From NCBI GenBank assembly GCA_963842945.1, contig CAWJIM010000016.1:194509-258508 (forward strand): a DNA stretch of 64,000 bases. The letters run 5' to 3'. Source of the stretch: an uncultured Gemmatimonadales bacterium (GTDB lineage: Bacteria; Gemmatimonadota; Gemmatimonadetes; Gemmatimonadales; GWC2-71-9). How positions within the stretch are numbered: position 1 is the stretch's first letter; the number at the start of each line of letters is the position of its first letter. Below the pieces are notes generated by a model. That model worked only from the letters and a program-made list of their open reading frames with translations, made no database searches and was not told where the DNA came from. The position numbers and the translations under genes were made by a program. Shown one piece after another: positions 23,503 to 37,501 of the stretch.

Positions 23503-24420
23503 TTAGTTGGAGACGGGCGTCCAGGTTGAGTCAGGGTTATACACCTCCATAGCCTTGAACTGCTCGAGCGTCTTGGGCCCGAGGTCCTGCTCGTACACGA
23601 TTCCGCTGTGGCTGACGATGAAGGTTTTGACTCCGCTCACCCGGTATTCCGCGGGGGCCGCTGCCAGGGCAAAGCCGCCGATCATGAGGCCCTTGGTGAC
23701 GAAGTTGAGCTCGCCCAACGGGGCCGCGGGGCCCTGGCCTTTCAGGATCTTGAAGTAGTAGCCGTGATACGGCTGGAGGTCGTCCGTATAGCCCTCTGCA
23801 ATCACCCGCGCGATCGCCTCGCCCACCGGACCCTGCCAGATCCCGTTACTGTCTTTCCAGGCAAGACCATCCTGCTTCCCCGGCGAGCTGATGATGCGCT
23901 GCGCGTACTGGTTCACCTCGGCGCCGTCGTGCAGCGTGCTGGCGTACGCCCGCTGAGCCTCCACGTACCCGCGACACACCTGGATGGCGTCGAGCTCGTT
24001 CTGTCCTATGCGGCGGATGAGGATCTCGTCGGCCCCGGCCTCGGCATCGAAACGCCAGGCGCTGCTGTCCTTCACGATGGGGATAGGCACGGGCCAGTCG
24101 GTGGGGCCCACCGTCAGGGTGGCAACCGTGCCGGATGAATCCAGTTCCAGCCGGTGCTGGATGCGCGCCTCCGAGGCAAATGCGAGAGCACGCTGCCGGT
24201 CCTGAACCGAGTCCTTCGAGAAGATCAGAGACCTTCCCTTGCTGCCGAGAATCTCCACCAGCGCCTGCCGGTCGAACCGCTCAGCGGCTAAAGTGAAGGC
24301 AAGTGCCGCCTCTTCCGGCGAGGCGAACTGGCGCTGCTTCACATCTCTGTTGCAGGCGCCCAGTGGAACGAGTGTTGCCATCAGCCAGGCTAGTCCCAAG
24401 ACGCGGTTGACGACACTCAT
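23503..24420 (-). CDS. DUF2950 family lipoprotein
   Basis: WPVPIPIVK, WRFDAEAG, RRIGQNELDAI, YAQRIISSPGKQDGL, PYHGYYFKIL, SGVKTFIVSHSG; lipobox LGAC. Confidence 0.9.
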   Translation of the reverse strand: MSVVNRVLGLAWLMATLVPLGACNRDVKQRQFASPEEAALAFTLAAERFDRQALVEILGSKGRSLIFSKDSVQDRQRALAFASEARIQHRLELDSSGTVATLTVGPTDWPVPIPIVKDSSAWRFDAEAGADEILIRRIGQNELDAIQVCRGYVEAQRAYASTLHDGAEVNQYAQRIISSPGKQDGLAWKDSNGIWQGPVGEAIARVIAEGYTDDLQPYHGYYFKILKGQGPAAPLGELNFVTKGLMIGGFALAAAPAEYRVSGVKTFIVSHSGIVYEQDLGPKTLEQFKAMEVYNPDSTWTPVSN

Positions 24421-25927
24421 CTGCGACGCCCTCCGCCCCCACCCCCGCGAGACATTCCACCGCCCCGGGAGCCGCCCATGCTCGACATTCCGCGCGAGCT
24501 GCTCGACCGAGCGCTTCTCCCGTCGTACCCGCCTGACCCACCGCCGAAGCCGCTGCTCGACCCACGGTTTGATGGAACGCTGCGATTTCCTATCGGATCC
24601 CCGCTGCGACCGCCGCTTGCATTGGGTACCCGGTCGCCCCCGCCGGCACCGCCGCGCTGTCCCTGACCGCCGGCGGAAGCCCGGTTGCCTGCACCAGCTC
24701 CACCCGGTCCCTGACGGTTACCGGCGGCCCTGTCGCTAGCCCCGGCACCCCGCTGCCCCTGTTGTGCCCGGGTTTGACCACCGAACTTGTCGGCGGTCCG
24801 CTGGTCGGCGTAGGGGGCACCGCCTCGATGCGAAGGGTTGTGAGACCACGCGCCGCCACCCCCCTTGGGCTGGGCACCACCGGGCCTGCCAGCACCGCCT
24901 GCGCCGCCAACACCACCAGGCTTGCCTGCGCCACCAACGCCACCAACTCCGCCTGCGCCCCCAACGCCCCCTGCTCCGCCAACGCCACCGACACCACCGA
25001 CGCCGCCAACACCACCAACGCCCCCAACACCGCCAACACCGCCGATGCTGTTAAAGTGGTTGCCGTCGTTGATGTAGACGTTGCCGCCGCCCCAGCCGGC
25101 ATAACAGCAGGCACCACCCCACATCGCTGCCCCCCACATCATGCCCACGCCGAACGAAATGAATGCGGCGCCGGGCGGATAGTACGGGTAGTAAATGGGC
25201 GGATAGGGATACACTGGAGGCCCGTATACGACGGCCGGGCTGTAGGACGGTACGTACACCACTTCTGGGTTCGCCGACTCGATGACGATCACTTCCTTCT
25301 TCTCGACCACCTGGGTCTCAACCTTCTGCTGCTCGTTGGTCTCCAGCGTGCCTTTGTCCTTCGCCTTCTTGCGCATCCGCTGGACAGCAGTCATCACGTC
25401 GGCCTGTTGGGCCAGAAACGCATTGCCCAGCTCGGTGGTCCATTGGATGTCGTCGGCCAGACGCTTGACCAGATCCGGTAAGGGGGCCATCGACTGGATG
25501 CTCGGGTCCCACGGCTGCTTGGCCACGGAGTCGGCGAGCGCCTTGTCCTTGAGTCCGGGGTTCTTGGCGAGCCACTGTTGCAGTTGGACGATCTCGAGCG
25601 GATAGGTGGACGCCACGAGGGTCTGGGCCAGCAGCTCATCGGGATACAGCGCGATGGGAGCCACCAGGGCATCGAGCTGATCGGGTGTGCTCAGCTGAAC
25701 CGAGTCCGAAGTGGCCTTCTTCCCGGTGTCCGCAGTGGCCTTCTTCCCGGTATCCGCCACCGTCTTTGCCGGAGTCTGCTGGGCTGGAGCCTGCTTGCGG
25801 AGCCGCAGTTTTTTCCTGGGACAGCGCGAGCGGCACGCTACCCAGAAGCTGGTATGCGCCCAGTGAGGCAGAACAAGGCTCGCCCGACCTGCGCGAGCGC
25901 GCGGAGATGATGCAAGACCGGTATCAT
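24417..25927 (-). CDS. DUF3300 domain protein with Gly-rich tail (5' part frameshifted)
   Basis: QLDALVAPIALYPDELLAQTLVASTYPLEIV, WDPSIQS, LGNAFLAQQADVMTAVQRMR, VYVPSYSP. Confidence 0.92.
24890..25045 (-). repeat. 9-bp coding tandem repeat encoding (GGV/GGA)n
   Basis: Repeated ccaacaccg/ccaacgccc/cctgcgccc units within the DUF3300 tail. Confidence 0.85.
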
Positions 25928-25999
25928 GAGTTGAGGAGCTCCTCTCCGCCCCAAAGTCGGGGCCAACCGACGGTAGCGCAACCTGACCAAAGGTTTAGG

Positions 26000-26773
26000 T
26001 CATTTCATCGTAGCCCGAAGTTCCAGAAGGGCACGGTCGAAACGATCCACCCGAATCAGCCCCAAAGTTGGGTACTCGAGGTCGAGGATAAGATACGCCG
26101 AGGCCGCAATGGTGAGAGAAAAGGCAACCATGTGAAGCCAGCTTCGCCGCTGGTATCCCGCCATTCCATACCCTGCAAGCAAGGCTCCGGCCAGCGCAAC
26201 CAGTGCCAGCATGACGTAGATGATGACCGGTGGGTGGATCCGGGTGGCCAGCCTCCGCGCCTGCGAGATATCGAACATTTCGTTCATGGGGGGAAGAAGG
26301 AGCAGCATCCTGGGAGCGGCGCCGGCCTCCGGGCGGCTGGCGGCGGCCGCCTTGGCCCAGACATCATCGGCCGCCTGGTCAGCCTTGGCAAATTCCTCAG
26401 CCGTCAAATCCGGCAGCTTTCTGTAAGCCGCGATAGTGGCATCCACGTAACGCCGGAACCCATCACGGATCTCGGGTTGAGCATCCGGCGGCAGCATGTC
26501 GATGCGCTTCCAGGCCGTGCCGATCGCGTTGACCTCTTCCACCACCAGGTGGCGGCGCTCATCGAATCGCCTGGCCGCGCCGGAAAAGGTGAAGGCCAAC
26601 ATCAAGCCGAGCAGCCCGAAGACGGATCCTTCGACCACGCCCACGCCGGCGTTGGAGCTCTCCGCCCGGTTCCCGTTCTGCCGCAGGCCGAGCATCCGGC
26701 CTACTTCTATACACGCCAGCATCCCAAGGAACAGCGCCAAGCCAAGTGCGAGTGCGAGAAACGTGAAACTCAC
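26000..26773 (-). CDS. DUF4239 family (bestrophin-like) membrane protein
   Basis: GSVFGLLGLMLAFTFSGAARRFDERR, EVNAIGTAW, LILDLEYPTLGLIRVD. Confidence 0.85.
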   Translation of the reverse strand: MSFTFLALALGLALFLGMLACIEVGRMLGLRQNGNRAESSNAGVGVVEGSVFGLLGLMLAFTFSGAARRFDERRHLVVEEVNAIGTAWKRIDMLPPDAQPEIRDGFRRYVDATIAAYRKLPDLTAEEFAKADQAADDVWAKAAAASRPEAGAAPRMLLLLPPMNEMFDISQARRLATRIHPPVIIYVMLALVALAGALLAGYGMAGYQRRSWLHMVAFSLTIAASAYLILDLEYPTLGLIRVDRFDRALLELRATMK

Positions 26774-26805
26774 ATCTCACCTCCGCAGGACGAATTGCTG
26801 GAATG

Positions 26806-26843
26806 AAAAGGGCGACAGAATTTTGGGATTCCGTCGCCCTTTG
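26806..26843. terminator. Intrinsic terminator after rpsA (possibly bidirectional)
   Basis: aaaagggcgacagaat..attccgtcgcccttt stem with A/T-run flanks. Confidence 0.8.
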
Positions 26844-26845
26844 CG

Positions 26846-28572
26846 CTATCTAGCCTTTCGCGCTATTCCGGGGTGGTGCTCTCCTCGAACGCCGGCTTGA
26901 CCGGCGGAATGATCGGCTCGTCCGGGAAGCCGATCACCGCCAGCACGATCCGATGGTGGATGGGATCGACCTCGAGCACCTTGAGGTCGAGCGCCTGGCC
27001 TTCCTTCACCGCGTCGCCCGGGTTCTCGATGTTGGCCACGCCGAGCTGCGACATGGGCACGAAGCCTTCGATGTCGTTGCCCAGATCCACGACCACGCCC
27101 TTGTCCATCAGCCGGACCGCGCGGCCCCGCAGCTCCATGCCGATGGGATAGGTCTCGCCGATCTTGAGCCAGGGATCTTCCTCGGCCTGCTTGAGGCCCA
27201 GGGAGATCCGCTTGTTCTCGGCGTCGATGTTGAGGATGACCACGTCCACCGCGTCGCCCTTCTTGACCACCTCCGACGGATGCTGCACCCGCTTGGTCCA
27301 GGACATGTCGGAGATGTGGATCAGGCCGTCGATGCCGGGCTCGATCTCGACGAAGGCGCCGAAGCTGGTGAGGTTGCGGACCTTGCCGTTGATCCGGGTG
27401 CCCACCGGGTACTTGAGCGGCAGCACCATCCAGGGATCCTGCTCGGTCTGCTTCATGCCGAGCGAGATCTTCTCCTCCGCCTCGTCCACCTTGAGCACCA
27501 CCGCCTCGATGGTCTCGCCGATGCTCACGATCTTGGACGGATGGCGAACGTTCCGAGTCCAGCTCATCTCGGAGATGTGCACCAGCCCCTCGATGCCGGG
27601 CTCGATCTCGACGAAGGCGCCGTAGTTGGTGATGGAGACGACCTTGCCCTGAACCCGGGTGCCCACCGGGTACTTGGCCGCCACGTTCTGCCAGGGATAG
27701 GACTGCAGCTGCTTCATGCCCAGGCTGATCCGCTCCCGCTGCCAGTCGATGTCGAGGATCTTGACCTCGACTTCCTTGCCGATGGCGACCATTTCGGTCG
27801 GGTGCGACACCCGGCCGTAGGACATGTCGGTGATGTGCAGCAGGCCGTCGACGCCGCCGAGGTCGATGAAGGCGCCGAAGTCGGTGATGTTCTTGACCAC
27901 GCCCTTCCGCACCTGGCCCACCGCCAGCTCCTTCATCAGGTGCTCGCGCTTGTGGGCCCGCTCGTTCTCCAGGATGACCCGGCGGCTCACCACGATGTTC
28001 CGGCGCCGCTTGTTCAGCTTGATGATCTTGAACTCGTAGGTCTGACCCAGCAGCTCGTCGATGTTGGGCACCCGCCGGAGCGCGATCTGGCTGCCGGGCA
28101 GGAAGGCATCGACACCCATCAGGTTCACCACCACGCCGCCCTTGATCTTCTTGACCAGGGTTCCCTCGACCGGCTGATCGCTCTCGTGGGCCACACGGAT
28201 CTTTTCCCAGACCCGCATGAAGTCGGCCTTCTTCTTGGACAGGACGACGGCGCCTTCCTGGTCCTCGAGGTGCTCGAGGAAGACCTCGACCTCGTCGCCT
28301 TCTTTGAGGGACTGGGGGTCCTTGAACTCGTCGAGGGGAACGGAGCCTTCGGACTTGAAGCCGACGTCGAGGATGACCGCGTTGTCGGTGACCCGGAGAA
28401 CCTTCGACTTGACGATCTCGCCCTCGACGATCTGCGACATGGTGCCCTCGTACATCGAGAGCATCTGCTCGTAGTCTTCGTCGGAATAGTCTTCGTCGTA
28501 GAGGTCCTGCCGAACCCGGAGGCCGGTGGGGGAGATGAACTGGTCGCTTGAGGGATGAAGTTGATCGAGCAT
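26846..28572 (-). CDS. rpsA: 30S ribosomal protein S1
   Basis: Repeated S1 domains ([54 protein letters not shown]); 3' end ambiguous (26846 or 26863). Confidence 0.98.
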
Positions 28573-28754
28573 GCGAAGGCTGGCCGTCCTTTGTACTAGC
28601 CGCGCCGACCAGGCCGCGGGAAGAAGTGAGCCCGTCCGTCGGCGGAAGTGCCGAGCGAGGAGAGCCCGTAGATGGTAAACCGCGGTAGGTGGCAACGCAA
28701 GGTGGGACAAGCCTTGAAGCGAGACTCGACGGGCAGGCTCGACCCGCGGCTGCC

Positions 28755-29470
28755 CTACGGCCGCCCGAAAATCGGCCGGGCCAGCTCCACGATGATGCCG
28801 GACCTGCTCGGCGAAGGTCGAGCCCGGTCGTGTCGAGCGGCACCGCGTCGTCCGCCGGCCGGAGCGGCGCCACCGCGCGGGTCGAATCGGCCTGGTCGCG
28901 GGCCGCGAGCGCCGTCCGCCTCGGCCTCGAGCTGCGCCGGCTCGGGCGCCAGGCCGCGCTGGTTGATCGCGGCGGCCCGCCCGGGTCTCGGGCGACGCGG
29001 TGAGGAAGATCTTGAGGTCGGCATCGGGAAAGACCACCGTGCCGATGTCCCGGCCATCCACCACCACGTCCCGCCCCGCGCGCACCATGGCCCGGAGCCG
29101 GGTGTTGACCCACTCCCGGACGACCGGCACGGCCGACACCGCCGACACGGCGCCGGTGACCTCGGGCGCCCGGATCTCGGCGTCGACCGGCTCGCCCTCG
29201 AGGTAGGCCGCGAACCCGGCCCCGTCGGGCTGGAGCATGAGCCCGCGGTCTTCGGCGGCGCGGAGGATGGTCTCGGCGTCGAGCACCGCCAGCGGGTCGC
29301 CGTCCGGCCTGGCCGCGGCGGGCCGCCTCCCGCAGCGCCACGAGCGTCACCCCGCGATACAGCGCGCCCGAGTCGAGATGGGCGAATCCGATCGCCTCGG
29401 CCACGGCCCGGGCCGTGCTGGACTTGCCCGAGGCCGACGGTCCGTCGATGGCGATGACGCCGCCCTTCAC
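28755..29470 (-). CDS. cmk: Cytidylate kinase (frameshifted)
   Basis: [46 protein letters not shown]. Confidence 0.95.
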
Positions 29471-30743
29471 GGACGGGCCCTCCGGGCCAGCCCGCGCAGG
29501 GTCTCGGGGAAACGCGGGAAAGCTCACCTCCGCGCACGCCATGTCGTCCACCCGGATCCGGGCGCCCGGCACCGTGCCGAGCACGGCGAACGCCATGGCC
29601 AGCCGGTGATCGGCGGCGGTCCGCACCGCCCCGCGCGGCGGCGCGCTCGCCGCCCTCGACGTGCAGATCGTCGCCCTGACACCTCGGCCCGGCAGCCCAC
29701 CGCGCGCAGGTTTTCCGCGATCAGGCCGAGCCGGTCGCTCTCCTTCACCCGGAGCTCGCCGACCTGCCGGAACACCGTCGTTCCCTCGGCCCGCGACGCG
29801 AGCACGGCGAGCAGGGGGATCTCGTCGATCAGCGCGGGGATCTCGCCGGCCGCGACCTCCGTGGCGCGGAGCCGCGCCGGCCGCACGACCAGGTCGGCCA
29901 CCGGCTCGCCGAAGTGCTCGGTAACGTCCTCGACCGCGACCGGCGCGCCCATCCGCGCCAGCACCGCGAGGAACCCGGTCCGCGTCGGGTTGAGCCCGAC
30001 GCCGGCGATGCGGAGCTCGCCCGCCTCGGCCAGCACGGCCGCGCCGACCAGGAACGCCGCCGACGAGGGGTCGCCGGGCACCTGCAGCTCGAACGGCTCG
30101 AGCCGGCCGGTCGGGCGCGAACCGGATCCAGCCGTCGGTCTCGTCCACCCGGTAGCCGAACGCGCGGAGCAGGCGCTCGGTGTGGTCGCGCGAGCGGCCG
30201 TGCGGCTCGCGGAGCGCGACCTCGACGCCGCCGGCGAGTCCGGCGAGCAGGAGCGCGCTCTTGATCTGCGCGCTCGAGACCGGCAGCTCGTACGTCAGCG
30301 GCGGCAGCGGCCCGCCCCGGACGGTGAGCGGAAGCCCGTCGCCGGCCTGCTCGGTGAAGCGCGCGCCCATCCGCGCGAGCGGCACCGTGACCCGGCGCAT
30401 CGGCCGGCGGCGGAGCGAGGCATCGCCGGTGAGCGTGGCCGCGAAGCGGTGTCCCGCGAGCAGGCCGAGCAGCAGCCGGGTCGTGGTGCCCGAGTTGCCG
30501 CAGTCGAGGGTCGCTCCGGCCGGCGCAGGCGGCCACGGCCCGACGACGGACGACGACGCTCGCGGGGCGGAGCGGCGAGATCTCGGCGCCGAGCTGGCGC
30601 AGCACCCGGGCGCTGCACCGCGCATCGAGCGAGGTCAGCGCGCCGCCCACGTGACTCTGTCCCCGGGCCAGCGCGGCGAACAGCAGCGCGCGATGGGTGA
30701 TGCTCTTGTCGCCCGGGACGCGGACGGTGCCGCCCACGATCAT
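29467..30743 (-). CDS. aroA: 3-phosphoshikimate 1-carboxyvinyltransferase (frameshifted)
   Basis: [65 protein letters not shown]. Confidence 0.96.
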
Positions 30744-31587
30744 CGGTCGAGTCCTTGGCGGAAGCGCTGCGCGGCCGCCAGGTAGGCCCGAAGCCCGTCG
30801 GCGTCGCCGGCGGCGAGCAGGCGCCGAAGCTCGGCGAGGCTGTGCTCGGTCGCCTCCAGCGCCTCGACCACCGCGGCGCGATTGTAGAGGAGGATGTCGA
30901 TCCACATGTCCGGGCTGCTGGCGGCCAGGCGGGTGGTGTCCCGGGCGCCCGTCCCGAACGAGACGCCGGCCAGCCCCCGGTCGGCGAGCGCCTTGGCCAG
31001 GGCCGAGGCGACGGCCTGCGGCAGGTGGCTGGTCCAGGCGAGCTGCCGGTCGTGCGCCGCCGCGTCGATCAGGACCGGCTGGGCCTCGAGCACCTGCTCC
31101 CAGAAGCTCATCACCCGCCGGGCGGCCTGGTCGCCGCCGGGAGCCGGTCTCGCAGACGTAGACCACGCACCCGCGCAGGCGGTCGGGCGCGGGCCGCGGC
31201 GAATCCCGAGCCGTGGGTTCCCGCCAGCGGATGGCCGCCGGCGAACCGGTCGCCCAGGCCCTCGGCGATGGCCCGGGCCACGACCGGCGCTTTCACGCTG
31301 CAGACGTCGGTCAGGAGGGCGCCGGGCTCGAGCAATGCGTGCAACCGGCCGATAAGATCCAGCGTAGCCTGCGCGGGGACCGCCAGCACCACGAGCTCGG
31401 CGCCCCGCACCGCCTTGGCCGGGGTGTCGGCGAGCTCGGTGATCGCGGAGGCCTGGAGCGCCTGGACACCCTCGGCCCGGGAGGCCGAGACCCCGACGAC
31501 ACGCGGAATGCCTGCCAGGCGCGCCTGCCAGGCGAGCGAGCCGCCGATGGCGCCCAGGCCGATCACGGCGAGCGACGATGGACGCAC
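30740..31587 (-). CDS. tyrA: Prephenate dehydrogenase (frameshifted)
   Basis: VIGLGAIGGSLA, TDVCSVKA, GGHPLAGT, HDRQLAWTSHLPQ, RDTTRLAASSPDMW. Confidence 0.92.
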
Positions 31588-31759
31588 GAGTCAGGTCCCG
31601 TTGGACGAGGTCACGGAATGCATGCGGCCGCCCGAATGAGGCGGCGCCAGCCGCCGTGAATGCCCAGAGGTCGGCCCGCATTGTATCGACATGACGGTTG
31701 ATTCTCAACGGAGTGCGAGCACGGTCCACGCGGACCGCGGCGCCGGGTGACGATGGCTC

Positions 31760-31934
31760 GGCGGCGGCAGACGCCGCGCACCGCGCGCTGCCCGTCATCG
31801 TCCTCACCGCACAGCACGGCGAGAGCGAGGAAAAAGCCCTGGATCTCGGCGCGCAGGACTACCTGACCAAGCCGGTCCAGACGCGCTCGCTCGTCGCCCG
31901 GGTGCGCGCCGTCCTCAAACGCGTCAACAGCTGA
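31760..31934 (+). CDS. C-terminal fragment of a receiver (REC) domain
   Basis: LPVIVLTA..EEKALDLGAQDYLTKPV..LVARVRAVLKR; the N-terminal half with the phospho-Asp is absent. Confidence 0.7.
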
Positions 31935-32035
31935 CGGGACAACGCTTCGGAAGTAACGCGCGGCCGAGCGTCGCGCCCGGCGGCCACGGTTCGCCACGCT
32001 CACTGGCGTATTTCTTGCCCGCGGGAGGGTGACCT

Positions 32036-32413
32036 GTGCCCAAGATCCTGATCGTCGAAGACAGCCCCGACAACATGAGGCTGTTCCGCACGCTGCTCAC
32101 GATGCGGGGACACGAGGTCGTCGGGCTGGCCGGCGGCGACGGGTTGCTCGAGACCCTGGACGCGCGACCGCCCGGAGCTGGTGCTGATGGACATCCAGCT
32201 GCCCGGCAAGGACGGCTTCGCGCTGCTCGCCGAGATCCGCGCGTCGGATCACCGGGGTCTTGCGGTCCTCGCGCTGACGGCGCACGCGATGAGCGGAGAC
32301 CGCGAGCGGGCGCTCGCGGCAGGATTCGACGGCTACATCACGAAGCCGATCGACATCCGGGCCTTCCCGGCGAGGTGGAGCGCGCGCTCGCCGGAGAGCG
32401 GCCGGCGCGCTAG
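32036..32413 (+). CDS. Single-domain response regulator, DivK-like (frameshifted)
   Basis: [11 protein letters not shown] + [41 protein letters not shown]. Confidence 0.9.
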   Translation: MPKILIVEDSPDNMRLFRTLLTMRGHEVVGLAGGDGLLETLDARPPGAGADGHPAARQGRLRAARRDPRVGSPGSCGPRADGARDERRPRAGARGRIRRLHHEADRHPGLPGEVERALAGERPAR

Positions 32414-32439
32414 GCCGGATCCACTACCGGAGTACCGAC

Positions 32440-32965
32440 ATGAGCCAGGACACCACGACGACCCCGCCGAACGCGTCCGCCTCGCCCGAGAAGAAGGCGC
32501 TGCTGGAGGCCTTCGATACCGTGCTCAAGACGGCGGCGGAGGAGCGCGAGCTCGAGCGGCTGGCGGCCGAAGCGCGGCGGCGCAGCCGCGGCGCCTCCCG
32601 GCTGCTCCTCGTCGTCTGCACGGTGATTCTCACTTCGTGTCGGTCTACCTCTACGTCGAGCGCCCCGAGTGGGTCTTCCCGGCGCCTCGGCCCCCGAGTC
32701 CCCCGCGGTGCGCCAGGCCAGCCTCCGGATCAGCGTGGCCAACGCCGCGCAGCACATCGAGCGCTACCGCCAGCAGCGGGGCCAGCTTCCGGCCACGCTC
32801 GAGCAGGCCGGGGCGAACGGCGCGGGGATCAGCTACCAGCGGACGGCGGCGGGGTATCAGCTCGAGGGCGAGAGCGAGGGCATCCGAGTCTCGTTCACGT
32901 CGGGAGAATCGTTGACGCGGTTCATCGGCAACAGCTTCGAAGTCATCGCCCGGAGAACCCGATGA
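32440..32965 (+). CDS. Hypothetical membrane-anchored protein (frameshifted)
   Basis: [18 protein letters not shown], a TM segment, then [32 protein letters not shown]. Confidence 0.6.
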
Positions 32966-33428
32966 GCCGCCGTCGCCAGGGATTCACCATCATCGAGCTG
33001 CTGATGGTGATGATCGTGATCGGCCTGCTGGCGGGCATTGCGCTGCTCAAGTACATCGACCTGCGCCACCGCGCCCGCGCCGTGCAGGTGGCGGCGGACC
33101 TCGAGTCGGTCCGGCTGGCGGCCTACGGCGCCTGGTACGAGCACAACACGTGGCCCAACGAGGCCGGCCCCGGGCAGGTGCCCGCCGACCTGGTGCCCTA
33201 CCTGCCGCAGAGCTTCAGCTTCGACAACCCGGAGTACACGCTCGACTGGGAGAACTTCGCGCCGCCCGGCGGCGGGCCCAGCGGCGGCATGCAGATCGGC
33301 GTGGTGTCACCGCCTCGACGCCGCGGCTGCAGACGGCGCTGGAGCAGACCCTCGGCAACAGGCTGCCGTTCGTCTCGTCGGGCGGCACCCTCACCTTCAT
33401 CATCGTCGGCCCCGACGGCAAGAGCTGA
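32962..33428 (+). CDS. Type IV pilin / pseudopilin with prepilin N-methylation site
   Basis: [28 protein letters not shown] class III signal. Confidence 0.9.
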
Positions 33429-33430
33429 GC

Positions 33431-34241
33431 TCAGCGCAGCGCCCGCCTGAACTGCTCCAGGCCTTCGGGCGGGCCGGGGTATTCGGGATCCATCCGCTCC
33501 AGCCGCTCCGCCACCACCTGCGCCACCAGCACGTCGCGCAGGTACTTCTTGTCCGCCGGCACCAGGTACCAGGGCGCCTCCGGCGTGCTGGTCCGCGCCA
33601 GCGCCTCCTCGTACGCCTCGGTGTACGCGTCCCACCGCTCCCGCTCGGCCAGGTCGCCCGCGGCGAACTTCCAGTACTTCTTCGGGTCTTCCAGCCGCGC
33701 CAGCAGCCGCTCCCGCTGCTCCTCGCGCGAGATGTGCAGGAAGAACTTGAGGATGGCGACGCCGTTCTCGGTCAGATGCCGCTCGAACTGCATGATCTGC
33801 TCGTAGCGCGGCGCGCCAGACCGCCTCGGGCACCAGCGCGTGGACGCGCACCACCAGCACGTCCTCGTAGTGCGAGCGGTTGAAGACGCCGATCGTCCCG
33901 CGCGGCGGCACGGCCTGGTGCACCCGCCAGAGGTAGTCGTGCGCCAGCTCGATCGGCGAGGGCGCCTTGAAGCTGGCGACCGTGACGCCCTGGGGGTCGA
34001 GCGGCCGAACACCTTGCGGATCGTGCCGTCCTTGCCCGACGTGTCGCGCCCCTGCAGCACCACGAGCAGCGCGCGCCGCCCCTCCGCGTAGAGCGCCTCC
34101 TGCAGCTCGTCGATGCGCCGCGCCAGCGCGCTCGGTCTTCCGCCACCGCCGCGTCCTTGTCCGGCGCGCCGGCCGGCGCGCCGCGCCGCCTCGTCGCCGA
34201 GGTCCAGGGTCGATCCGGGAGCGACGGGGCTCGAGGCGCAT
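33431..34241 (-). CDS. ppk2: Polyphosphate kinase 2 family protein (frameshifted)
   Basis: [64 protein letters not shown]. Confidence 0.93.
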
Positions 34242-34249
34242 GGCGGCTC

Positions 34250-36324
<2,075 letters not shown>

Positions 36325-36363
36325 CCGCGAAGTATAGCGGCGCCCGGAAGGCGCTCCGGAGCG

Positions 36364-37501
36364 CTACTCGATCGTCTTGTGGAAGCGGGCGACGCTCAGG
36401 ACCACCAGTCCCACCGCGAAGCCCGACGAGCGCGAGCGCCTCCGGCCAGAGCGCGGCGATCCCGGTGCCCTTGAGCAGCACGCCGCGCAGAATCGTGAGG
36501 AAGTAGGTGAGCGGCAGCGCGGCGCCGATCCACTGCGCCAGCGCCGGCATCGCCTCGCGCGGGAAACATGAAGCCCGACAGCAGGATGTTCGGCAGGATG
36601 AAGAGGAAGCTGAGCTGCATCGCCTGCACCTGGGTCCGCACCACCGTCGACATGAACAGCCCGAGCGCGAGGCTCGCGACGATGAACGGCGAGGCTCAAC
36701 AGGTAGAGCAGCGGGAGGCTGCCCCGCATCGGCACGTCGAACAGCAGCCGGCCGAGGAGCAGGATGACCGTGATCTGCACGTAGCCGATGAGCACGAACG
36801 GCAGGATCTTGCCCAGCATCAGGCTGGTCTTGTCGATCGGCGTGACGATGAGCTGCTCGAGCGTGCCGCGCTCGCGCTCGCGCACGATCGCCATGCTCGT
36901 GATCAGCACCAGCGTGAGCGTGAGCAGCACGCCCACGATGCCCGGGACGATGTACACGGCGCTCCGGAGCCCCGGGTTGTACCAGGGCCGCACGCGGACG
37001 TCAGCGCGGGCGCGTCCGCCGCCGCGGCCCGCGCGATGGCGCCGGCGCGGGCGGTGCCGGCCTGGGCGGCGCCGGAGATCGCCGCGGAGGACGCGAGCGG
37101 ATCCGCGGCGTCGACGATCACCTGCGCCTGCGCCGCGGCCGCGCTTGATGTCCGCGCTTGAAGTCCGGGCGGGATGACGAGCGCCGCGCTCGCCTGGCCG
37201 CGCTCGATCCGCCGGCGCGAGCTCGGCGCGGTCGCGGCACGTGCCGATGATGTCGAAGTTGCCGCTGTTCGCGAACGCCTCGACCAGCGCGCGGCTCTCG
37301 GGCGTGCGCGACTCGTCGAGCACGACCGTCGGCAGGTGCCGCACCTCGGTCCGGATCGCGAAGCCGAACAGGGCGAGCTGGATCGCCGGCATGCCGAGCA
37401 TCATGCCGAGCGTGAGCCGGTCGCGGCGCAGCTGGACGAACTCCTTCCAGAGCATCGGCCAGAGCGGCGACCTGGCGCAGCCGGCTGGAGCGCGCGCTCA
37501 T
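36364..37501 (-). CDS. ABC-2 transporter permease (frameshifted)
   Basis: KEFVQLRRDR, PWYNPGL, IVRERERGTLEQLIVTP, LLSGFMFP, LPLTYFL. Confidence 0.92.

Noticed and set aside
26953..28551. Long antisense ORFs opposite rpsA and other core genes
   Set aside because: Shadow ORFs expected from high-GC codon bias; no recognisable domains
26846..30625. Giant AroA-Cmk-RpsA ORFs (1259 aa and 807 aa)
   Set aside because: Frame-hopping artefacts in GC-rich, indel-rich sequence; each gene has a separate start
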